Positions 10,120 through 22,100 of a stretch of DNA of 64,000 nt are shown here, piece by piece. Source of the stretch: Pavona decussata (Eukaryota); contig CDRNST010000165.1 in NCBI GenBank assembly GCA_977016875.1, positions 310,001-374,000 on the forward strand. Direction: 5' to 3'. The position numbers and the translations under genes were made by a program. Numbering within the stretch: the stretch's first letter is position 1; each line of letters begins with the position of its first letter. The notes under the pieces were generated by a model. That model made no database searches and was not told where the DNA came from. It was given only the letters and a program-made list of their open reading frames with translations.

Positions 10120-13100
10120 TCAGGTCCTTCGGCTTCTTGATGTTGATTTAGAATGAGTAACAAGTGTTAAGGAAAGTCAAATTCATGGTGAAATGGCGTG
10201 ACTTTCGGTGCCTGGATTCTCTCCGTATTCTATACGATGGAGACTGCCAGGTGCATTCGAATTTAAAGACGCCCCCCCCCCCCCCCTCACCCACCCACCT
10301 TTGCGACTATGCGCGGTTTATAACTATGAGGGGAAAGCTGATCTCAGAAAGGGCTCAATGTTGGAATTCCAAAAGAAGAAATTGGGGGTAACAACGCATT
10401 TTTCAGAGATAATTAAGAAAATGTCAGGCATTGTTACATGCTTTAAAAGCTTTTTAGAATTCTTGTTGCTTAATTTTCTCTGAAAAATGCACGATTATCC
10501 ACTATTTTCTTTTTGGATTCAAGTAGTCCTTGCTAAGATCTGCTTTTCCCACATAGTCATGATCTGGCACAAAAGTACTTCTGGAGGCACCAACGAGTTG
10601 CACCGATTGATTGATCCCCACTTCTATCTCTAATACACCAAACAATTCATTCAAAACTCTACTGGTAACACATGGTTAGCTATATTATTGGCTGAAGAAT
10701 AAGGGAAGCGGAGGTATATTTTCTGAAAGGATATTGTTTTTTGGATCGTTCGTCCTCCTTGGCCTCGTCATCTTTGACTTCAACGTGACGCGACTCTTTC
10801 TGCAACGCACAAAAGCAACTATCTTTACTCAAAATTTCGTTTTATCGACGAATTTGGTGAGGTAATTTGGTCAATAATTTGGTTAGAGAGCTGACGTTTC
10901 GAGCATTAGCCCCTCGTCAGAGGGAAACATGGAATTGTGGGTTATGTGTGGTTTATGTAGTGAGCAGCAGTAATAGCGTATCTACACTGCTCACTTTATA
11001 AACGACACACAACCCAAAATTTCTTAATTCCCTCTGACGAAGGGCTTATTGCTCGAAACATCACCCCTTAATCTCTTTAACCTCACCAAACCGGTTGATA
11101 CAACGAAATTTTCTTTGCAATTTGCCTAACGAGCTTATTGAAAGAACCTTGCTCAAATTCTCTCCTTCCTAGAGGCAGACAAGTGATATACCTAATATGT
11201 GGTTCTAACGTTTGAGTGTGTGTAAAGCCATTAAAATGAAAGCCACCGAGAAACCATTTGCAATGGTGGAGTTTATGTTGTACAAAGTGGTTTCAAGTTT
11301 TGAGTTTGTGAATGAAATCCTAAAGTGTGACCATTCAAATGAAAGCTACTAAGTAGTACTTGTGGTGTTGTTTATTACTCTGTACAAGGTGGTTCTATTC
11401 TTTGAGTTTGTGGATGAAATCCAATTGTGACCATTCAGTTGACAGCTATTGAGCAGAACTTTGTCGTCGTGATCTCACCACTAGAGTATTACCTTTTTAC
11501 TCGCCGCTGTTTTAACTTCCTTGTCTTTGTCCCGTTCTTTATCTTTGTCTTTATCTTTCTCCTTATCTTTCTCCTTTTTGGCCGGCGGTGAAGCGTCGGA
11601 TGCTGTTTTTCGTACAAGTTTCACTTTCGGCTTATCCTATCAGCATCATACAATGAAATGTTTCAGTTTTACTTGGGAGTTTCCTTTGCGTCGTCCCATT
11701 AACACTGAGCTACAATCGTGGGAAAAAGTGCTAAATTCTACCTTGACTTCACTTTCCTCCCCTCCTCCACTATCAATGTTGAGTTTTAACGGTGACCCTT
11801 TACCCATTATTCTTCGTGGGAAATCCAACATTGAACAAGAGGGGGGGGGGGGGGGGGGAAGGTGGGAAACGACAAACCAAGACTTAAACATACCTAGGCA
11901 ATAAAAATTGCTAGACCACCAATAGACCATCACTACCTCTAAGAAAAACAAGGATCTACTTGTAGTGTAAATGTGTGCCGTTTAGAATCTTATGAACAAC
12001 AAGCTGATAAAACAAAGTCATCCAACTTCACGGTTGATGCGGTTTCTTCAGAAATTGATGCCTGTGTACCTTAAATAATATGGAGCAAGCTAAACAGACA
12101 ACCCACTCAAGGAATGTTTAACTCGCATTTTATGTCCAGAAATTACTTTGGGTTCGTCAAATTTAACAGAGTCATTTGCCATTGTCACGTTGTTTGACAG
12201 AATTACTGAAGTATAGCTGAGGACTGGGGCGAGGGGGACACTCTATGATGCCTATCATAAAATGTATGCACCTTATCAGCGTGTATTTCTACATTCCGCC
12301 CCAGCTCCCCAGACCGTAGTGACAGTTTAGCATTGCTTACCTCACTCTTGACCTTGGTTTTGCTCTCAGATCCGTGCGAATTCGACGTCTTGGAAACTAC
12401 AACGGTTACGTCGCCATCCTCTCTTCTTCTTTTAGCTTCCTTCCCTTCAGCGGGGTCCAATGACGACTACAAGTCAGAAACCGGAAATTTAGTATTTTGG
12501 AAATTTTAAAATTCTCAATCTTATTAATAATTCATGAAGAGAAGATAAAGGAAATTATTAGCGTCAAATGTGACCTTAATTATCATAAATTTGGTGAACT
12601 TTTGCTTTGAATTTCACCAAGAATTATTACTGGTTTGAGAAGCTATATCAAACACTCGAAAGAATGTTTCATCCTATTTCCAAACACCTCGAAGTTGGTT
12701 AAAAAAAAACTCGACTGCACCTCGTTTATTCAACTCACTTCTCGGTGTTTAGGAGCAAGTAAGCCACGCGCGCTGTACTCACACCGCTCGCTTGCCTCAC
12801 AAATGTTTCTTCCGTTCTCCTCCCGACGAGAGAGCCTGGTGTACGTTTCTCAAAGCTCTCAATACAATATTTATTTTCCCATATACACAACATTTACAGC
12901 ACAAGATAAAAAAAAATGAAGAAAATTGATGAAAGAAGATAACTGGCGAGAAAACCTAATTAAAAATGACTGAATGAATTCTTATATACCGCACATATCA
13001 CCAAGTCTCATGGCGGTTTACATTTCTATGGGGTGAGATCGGACGTCAGCATGTGAAGGCGCCTCTGGCAGCCGCTATCGGTCCTTATTAGATCTCACCC

Positions 13101-16100
13101 ACCCACCAACTTAACCCAAGCATGAGTGTGAAAGATAAAAGAAACCACGAGGCAAGTCGTGGCTTCCTCACTTACGAAGAGCTTTGGGACCCACAGGTAT
13201 TTTTCCTATCCCATTTCTACAGATTACCAGTTATTTTTCATATTTTTCAACTCAATGTTTCTTAATCTTGGAGAACTAAAATGTTCTCCTTTTAAAATTT
13301 TATCAAAAATTGAACTTTTGGTAATGAATTTTGTGCAAGTAAAATACTTTTTCGGGTCTGAAAACATTACAACTAAAAACGAAGCACGTATCAACAGTAG
13401 CCATGACAGACCGCAAATCTTACCCGTTTTCTGTCCGACTTCGATGTCTTCTCCTTTTCGTGTTCCACAACTTTTGATTTTCTTTCCTGATTTTCCGGGC
13501 TCTAATAATGGAAAAGCAAACGAAGATTATTCTCGAAAGATTGAAACACGTTTTATCTGATTCTGGAAAATTGTCAAAGTAACACAAGTTTATCATCTTT
13601 CAGGCGCTAAAAATACAATAGAGAGATTTAGCATCGCGTTTACGTGAAACGGCAACCGTCACCTTGCTGTTTCACGTTTCACGTAAAATAGCGTGAACCT
13701 TTTGACTTAAGCGTAATTTTGCGAGTTGCGATGAGGCTGCTTAGCGACTCACTGTGGTGAGTTCATAAAGAAAAATGCTGTAAGGAGTGAGTTGTGAAGG
13801 ATTTTTAAACATGAAACTTAATTTGCCCTGGTATGACTTGCCGGAAAAACTATTGGGGTACTTGTTTTCATCAATTAACTACTTCACATATGCATAAGAA
13901 AACAAGGAAGAAATACTTACGGCAAACGCGAAATAACCTGTTTTCACGTAGAAACGGCGACCGGCAAACGCGAAAATGGCGAGATAATCGTACCAGTCAC
14001 GTGGTCATTTTTGCCGTTCGCGTTTCACGGAAACGCGATGCTAAATCTCCTTGGCCTCACACCTTTGTATGTGAACTGCTCTTTTCCCTCATCATCAGCA
14101 TTGAGGGAAGGTACAGGGAAACCTGTGCGACAATTCAAAAATTACAAAAAAACTCACCTTGAACGAGTCGGATTCATGTCCCCCTCCTAAATAACCTGGC
14201 GAGTTCTCCTAGGGAAAAATGACAGTCTACAGTTAATAACATTCATTTGCAAGCGCGGGCATTTAATTATGTTTACGGTCACATCAGAGAAATACCACTA
14301 GCGCTTATATTAAACTGTAGTTAAATTCTTCTTTCCCTCAACCAGAATTGGGCTGCAAAGCGGTCGCTGTCCCTGGTCCACTGCTCAATTCCATTGAAGC
14401 GAAACAAGAAAGAAAACCTCTTGTGCCACGTTGATTTTACACTGCCTGGCTTTGCCAATAGGCCATTTTCGAGTTGCTGTGAGCCTCATTATGAAAACGA
14501 GTCTAAGTGCGAAACTTTTCATATGAAAATTAGTTTTGTTTGCATATGAATGAAAACTAATTTTCATAACAAAAACTTTGCACTTAGCCTCGCTTTCATA
14601 ATGAGGTTCAAAGCAACTCAGAAATGGTCTATTTTAACAGCTGACTGAGCCAGCGGTTTTCCGAAGCGGTGTTGCTTAGCAACATGACATAGCCCGCACA
14701 GTGACATGTTCACGTGACGCCTTTAAGTGCTGGTGCTAATTCTTGTTAAACATGACAAACCTGAGACGAAGGAGACGAGATCCCTTCGAGTCTGCGCCGC
14801 TTAGCCTCTGTAAAAATAAACAAGAAGAGAACAGTAAAATTGGTCAAACTATAAAATGACCTGATCCTGGTCAAAATCAGACAACTTATGATGCAGAAGT
14901 GAGAACGATATCCAGAGCAACAACAACCAAACAGAGAGAAATACAACAACAAGGCATAGTGTGTTCACCAATTGAACCGGCTGTAGACCAATACAGATAT
15001 TGCTGCCAAGTTTATCGGCACTTACACGATTCTCAGCCAAAAGAGTAAAAGTATGAGCTCACAACCTGTTAGAAGGAAACCAATCAGTGCGCGCACTTCA
15101 AATCCCATATCCAGAGGCTTTCCTTGCCATACCTTTCTCGTATTCACCATCCCTGGGTGACTCTTGCACCACAGGTGATGAGTGTTTGCTTTTGCTCCCT
15201 GATCTCTCCCTGTCCTTCTCTTTCAGTCTTTCTTTCACTTTATCCTTCCCTTCCTTTTCCTTGCTCTTGCTTCGTTCTTTCTCCTTATCCTTTGTTTTCT
15301 GTTCTTTTACCTTCTCTGTTTTTTCTGCTTTCACCTTTTCCTTGGGTTTGTCATTCTGTTCCTTGTCCTTTTCTTTGTCTTTGTCTTTCTCTTTGTCCTT
15401 TACTTTCTGTTTACTGAAAATATATTTGAATAAAACTTCAGTCAACCCATCTTACACAGCTTCATGTTGGTTTGCACTGCTCAGCCAATCAGAAAGCAAC
15501 TAGCTCGGGATGTAGGGAAGCCAGACCTGTCACGTTTTGTAGCCACAATCTTGGACAATTCAAATGAAATTTAAGACCACCCTTAGCCCTCCTTCCCATT
15601 TCAATGGTGGAAAAATGACGCGTTTTGCTTTACGCGTGAATTCATCATTGATTTTGGGGGTAGGGTGGGGGGGTTAATTTTCTCTATGGCAAAGATTGTA
15701 GTTCTCTCCTTCAAACTAAAATTTACTTCATTTCTCAGCGACTGTCTTGCATTCGCAAACTCGCATTATTTTAACGTGAACGTCTGCCAACAAAAGATAT
15801 TTACTTTAAACCTCAGAGAGCTAGTGGAAAGAGTTATCGCAGTTAGTGAAGTTTTGCCATGCGAAAGCAGTTTTCCCCCAGCTTTCGGAGAGTTTCCAGT
15901 GTTAACTCTTCAGGTCCCAATAGTGAGATACCATTGCTTCATCAAACACACAGGTTGTGGAAATAAAGAAAATGATTAAAAATAACCAAAGGTCGTGATG
16001 CCTAAACAAATTCTCCCAACTAGTGCCATAAGAAATACATGAAGAAAAGTTGGGAGATTATGCATGTTGATATTGGGATTAAAGGTTTTGCTGACTACTG

Positions 16101-19100
16101 GCCTCCTGGAATGGTGAAACTCCTGGGGTCCGTTTCTCGAAGGTCTCGAGAAATTGCCGGGCCCAAAATGTGTCTTAGGTAATTAATGCTTCTCAACAGA
16201 AGTCAATTTTTAATTGCTTTGAATGCTATACTCTAAAACCTTGATGATTCTATAAAAACATTGGCCAAGTTCACACTAAAAAATACCATGCCTGTAATCA
16301 ATGAAAAAAGGTTTAATATACTTATTGGGTCCGGTAAGTTATCGGGAATTGCGAGAAACTTGCCCTGGCCTGGCGGGTGTCCTGGCCTTTTGCTGAATGT
16401 TCACAACTGCCATTTGCTAACAAAGCGTGTCATTCTCCATCATTCACTCACCTGCTGTCAGTCTTCTTGCTGGTGGATATGGTGGACACATCATTGCCGT
16501 TAGTACTGCTTTCTGTTTTGACTGTGGTGGGTGTTTTTGTTCCTTTGGAGCTGCCAGAGGAGGCGGCGGGTTTAGAAGCTTGTTGACTGGAGCTACCGCT
16601 TGTATTAGCAGATCTGACATTTAATCCAAAATGGGATTTAATTTTAACTTTACTTGCGGGGAAGGAAGTCACTGCTTTATAAAATATCTTTACTTTCGGA
16701 GAAGGCATCTCCGCTTTGAAGAAATCTTTATCTTCGGACCTTTACAGTAGTTGACGAAGGTGGCCAGTTTCATTGGTTTGTAGGTAAAGCTGTGTGATTG
16801 GGACGGACACGTAAAGTGGCAATAGTTTAGAAGGGTGCTGATTTGGGAAGGTGTGTGGGAGACATTAGCTGAGTTGTTCCAAACCCAATTAGCACTAATT
16901 CCGGGTAAACTGTAAACAAAACCTATAACTCTTTAGTTGTCATGGTAATTAGCCTGGATTAGCGCTTATTGTACTTTACCCAACCCGGCCCAGAGTCGTA
17001 AATTTAATATCAAAATAAACAATTTTCTCACTTGCTACTCGGCGCATTCCTGCTTGGTGAGTCAGCAGGACCTGTCCGTGATGAGGCCGCGCCACTTGGG
17101 GTACTGGTGCCCGATGGCTTGTTATTGGATGAGCCTGCATTGGATTTACCAGCGGCCTCTTTTTGAGACACAGATGTGTTCTCGGTTTTTGTCGTGCTAG
17201 GACTGGGAATGAAAATAACAAATTATTTAATGAACAACGGCTGGCGCTGGTCTTATACGCCAAAATGAGAAGTTGTGTTTTATTATTCTATTAGGGTGGA
17301 ATTATACGTACCTCGAAGATTTTGAACCATCTTGCTCCTTCTTAACGTTCACTAAGAAAAAAGAAAGACGTTTTACTTTAATTTTTGACAACTTTCTGCG
17401 CCAAAATCTCGACGAATCAGTCCAAATTACAGTAGACAAATGAGCCCCACGATGGCTGTAATTCAAAAGCTACTTTCCTGAGCTAAAAATAAGCTCTTAG
17501 ATTGATGAACGTTGGCCCTACTTGGATCTATTTCTAATGCTACTGAGCAATAGGAACTCAGCTGTATATCCAACTGAATTAAATTCTTCTCGTTGAGCAA
17601 AGGGAAAGCATCACCCAACCCGGAATAAATTAAAACTAAAAGGTATTAACCTTTTGAAGTTGATTTACACGAACGCAGACAGCAAAGACATGAATACACC
17701 AAAATTCAAGGATAAACAACGAAATCTCAAACCTGTTACTTTGGGTTTAACATCAGATTCACTCTTAACGTTTTCTACAAAAAACCAAGACAAATTGATT
17801 TTCATCAGTTGATGGAGGTGGGTGGGAGGGGGGGGAGGGGTGGGTCGAGTCCTGCAAAGGAGAATGGACTGATGACATGGTTTTCATAGCATGTTGGCAG
17901 TGCTCGTATTATTTCTGATTGGAAAATAAAAGTTCAGCAAATTTTTGGGTTCTTTGCCAATGACTTTTTAATAAAAAAAAAATTAACTTACTTGTTGAGT
18001 CTGCGTTCGCTGACGAATTCGTCTGAGCTTCCTAAAAGAAAAATCACGGTCATTCCGTCTGTTGTCCATCTTTTATTTATTTTTGTTTTTTGTTTTTTGG
18101 CACCCAACATGCATTTTCGGTTTGCGGTGGCTACCAATTCAGTTGCACCGGCTTTTCCCTTCCAGTATAAGGCTCTATCCACAAATGACCCTGTTATTAT
18201 TTGGCTGGGAGTGCAGAAAAAATTCATGTCTTAGTCCAGGTTGTCGCTTTTAGAGATTTTTTACACCGTACACAATTTTACAAAAAAACAAAACGAGTCG
18301 GAGACTAAACACCCACTGGAATAAAACAACAACAAAGCCGCTACAGTCTGTTTGGCAATGCCGTCTTTGTTTGTTTCTTTCTTTCTTTCTCACCAAACTC
18401 ACCGTTTTTTCTTGCTTCACAGTTACAGCCTCGTTCTGGTTTGTTGCCGGAGCAGCTGCAGCGGGAGGCTGGGGAGAACAAAATCGTTTCGTATGCTAAG
18501 GAAGCTGTTGAACTAGAAATCTTTGAGGATTCTATTTAAACTAAGCTGGAACTTTGATCGGTTAACTGAAGAATAAGCAAAGAAATATTGCAAAAATTTA
18601 ATGTTGAAGCAGTTCTTTACCTTTTCCTTGTGATGGAACTCACTCTCTACAACCATATCTCGCTTTTTCGCCTTCAAACGACCAGCATACCTAAAATGGA
18701 AACAAACAAACAAACCCTCAAATCATCGTTTTTCCTGCTTTCCATAAAACGTTTGGGTAGAAATGTCAAAACAACAAAATTCATTCACAGCAGTAACACA
18801 CACATGAATCTAGTTTAATGACCTTAGCTCCCACAAGTCTCCTGTAGCTCAGTGGTAGAGCATCCGAACTAGTAATCGGAAGGTCTTAGGTTCGACTCCT
18901 GTTGGTACAGCTTTGATCTTTTTTCAGAGTATCCTTGTGTCACCGACTAAGAAAAGACATCTTTGTCATCCATTCGTATTGTTCCGCCAGCTGTAAACCG
19001 ACAAGCGCCGATTCTGTTGAAGACTTGCCGCCGGAATTCGTAGCAAGTGTACAGCATGCTGACAATTTAACGTTACTTTGTAGACCGACGAAACACTGAC

Positions 19101-22100
19101 TGTCCGCCTCGTGCTGAGCATGCCCGCCCGCTCTTACAATAATTATGAATTCTCTTACCCTACAGCAAGAACATAAATATCCTGACGCTTCTCCTTCTCC
19201 TCTTCACAGATCTTGTCGATTCTTCTTTCCAAGGCTTGACCAAGATTTAAAACTTTAGGATAATACGGTAAAATCTGCAAAAACGAGTGAGACGTAATCA
19301 AAAAAAACCCTCAACCGCAGTGGAACTTCATACCCCCACCCTCACACATAGCTGGAGACATACCTTTGTTAAAACCATGATTGTGTTTCGAATCTGTGTA
19401 TAATCCTTTGACTCCAAACACACTACAAGAGCCTGAAAAAACAAAGCAAGAAGAAGATCAATGGCCACACGGACTGTTTCTTTAGTTTCTTGTCACGCTA
19501 AGTTTAATTTGTTCCATGCCCAACTTGCAATAAATAGAAACAACTTCAAATCAGTTTTCTAATTTTAGAGCCTTTAACTCTGTCCTTTTGGGAACAACGG
19601 TTGAAAGCGTCGCAATAGAAAACTTAAGTTCCAGTCATAATTGGTTAAAACGATTGTAATTTACTGGGAAAAAATGTTCAACCGCATTCACAGCTAGCTA
19701 AAACACTGATCAACAAACTCGACCGTAAACAGGGGTCTTTCCTCAACACTACACCAAAAAGACAACAAGGCAAACACGACTCACTAGAGAAAGCTGACGC
19801 CCATGACACGGCTTCTGATTCTCAACAACCAATAAAAAACTAAGGCGCAAACTCACAAGAAAGAGTTTCCACACGAGTTTGTCATCGCGAGTGTTACAAC
19901 TGAAAACCACAAGCCAAGCCAGTTATCACTAAGATAAACCGCCATACATCACACAAAACACATTTCTATGACAAGTAAACACAAAATTTACATGGTAGTG
20001 AAAAAGGTAAACATACAATACCTTGGTGAGTTTATATTGCCACTTGTGGCAGACATGTCGATAATTCTCGTAATCCAAGTGGTCGGCTTTGTCGTTGTTT
20101 GTAGCTCTTAAAACTGTAACAAATCCTGGATAACTGCCACATTCCTGTCAAACACAGAACCAAAAACAGATAATTCTTTACAGTGTGAAATGTTGTTGTC
20201 GATATATGTGTGCAATCTGTTAGTCTGCAAGTAACATGTCCTCTGCAAGGCTGTTGCCTAAGAAACTTTTCAAGGAGCCCTCAAGGCCAAAAGCCAAGAA
20301 GTTGAGAGCCCAACATGTGAAGTGTTAGGTGCTGTGTTAGGTAGCCCCAGGCTACCTTGCTCTGCGATACCGATGCATTGCTCTACCATTTTGTGAATTC
20401 ACATTGTACCCGTAGAAGAGCCCTGCCTGGCAAGGGTCGGGATATTTGCAAGAAATGCCTTTAAAACACTCTGCGCGCTTAACTGACCTACCTTCTCATA
20501 AGTCTTCTTATCGCCATGCCATCTCATTACTATTTCAAGCATTGAACATAAAAATCGACCTACAAAGATAACGAGATGAGATGAGAACGCACGACAACAA
20601 ACACCAAGAAGCTGGACGCATACAAGGATAATCTCTAAAGAGAATCCCTTGGAGCCCAAAGCAACATGGCGGGCCGCCATATAACTGCTTCTAACGTAAC
20701 ACACAGGGTGAGTATTTCACTTTAATGTGATGTTCCTAAACACTTACCGTATCTACTGGCTTCATTTTCTGTACAGCTTGCTACCGTGTATGAAATGTCT
20801 GAAAACACCTACAATGAAACAGAATGACAAAACGCCCTCAACACCACAAAAGCTTTCCTTCTTTGTTTGCTTGTTTGTTTGTTTGTTTGTTTTTTTTGCG
20901 TGATATGATTTGTTCAGTTTTGGAACTGACAAAGGATAGCGACAAAGAGACAGAAAAGTCAGCAAACACAGTAGTTATTTACTTACTCTGTCGAAGCAAA
21001 GTAGCGTTGAAAAGTTGGGTGTTTTGAGGTTGTGGAGCATGTGAACAAACTTGGCGCAGTACACAGCATCACTGGCTGTAAACACACATCTCGGAAACAT
21101 GCAAAGCTGCAGAAACTGTGTGATGGTTTCACTCTTTGTCGCTTCTACAACACAAAAGAAAAACATCAAAAGAGTTTCTTTTGGCAAAATATTAATATTA
21201 TTACAGTCAAACTCTTAAACTTGGCGAGCCTACAGTCATACTTTCAATATGGGCAAGTTCAGGTAGATGGTCAAAATATTTCTTCTCTCAAAAGTTAAAT
21301 ATTCCATAAGTTTTAGTTCCAAAAATAAGCCAGTTAAATCAGTGGAATATCCACAAGTTAACCAAGCTATCCATCTGTGCACTGTCAGTTTGACATTTTT
21401 ATCCTATAACTTGAAAAAAATATATCCAAGTTTACAGTAGTCAAGATACTGTTCTAGCTGTTGTCTAAGACAATCACGGTGATGTATTCTTTAAAGAACA
21501 TGCATCTTCCTTCACTCAACTACCCTTTGTGACATCGCTGTGTTTATCAGCCACAACTTACTTGCAGGCAGCCACGTGTCTCTCTCATTCTTCAGTGAAG
21601 CCATCACTCTCTGGCCGTGCTCCTCCTGTTGTTTCAGTTCTTCTTTCAATTTATCGGCTAAAAGCGAACATCTTTCCTTTTCCTTCTTCTTCTTGCTGAC
21701 AGGCTGGCAATTGGAACAAAATATATTTTAAGTTTTCCGTATGATGTTCTTCATACTTCAACGATAAGGGTGTTTTTTATCAGTCAATTCTTGAATAAAA
21801 AAACTGGCAGAGTTGAAAAAGGATATTCTTATCTTGACATTATGGCATCACTTGACCACAACTACCAAAAATATGCTAAATAAAGAGCTGCAACAGAGTA
21901 TATCCTGCTTATGGAGTGTACATAAATGTCACAGTTAACAAAAAATATGCTTCCTTTGGTTACTGTTTGTTTAATGCGGATTTTAACAAAACAAACGACA
22001 GTTGAAGTCACGATTAAGATGTCCGTGTCTAGTGGTGATTTTTACAGCAAAGGTGGAGGGATTTGAAACTTATGAAACTGTCCAGTTAATAAAGGGTATC

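Larger units (their letters stand above)
10831..11112. mobile_element. Fold-back (palindromic) element with two oppositely oriented minimal type I hammerhead ribozyme motifs
   Basis: The arms are reverse complements over most of their length (AAAATTTCGTT..TTTGGTGAGGT / ACCTCACCAAA..AACGAAATTTT; AGTGAGCAG / CTGCTCACT) around a short loop of about 19 nt centred near 10977. Confidence 0.8.

Noticed and set aside
18837-18910. Functional tRNA-Thr(AGT) gene
   Set aside because: A and B boxes are present, but the acceptor stem does not pair and the anticodon stem is imperfect. Related fragments occur elsewhere, so it fits a tRNA-derived SINE.
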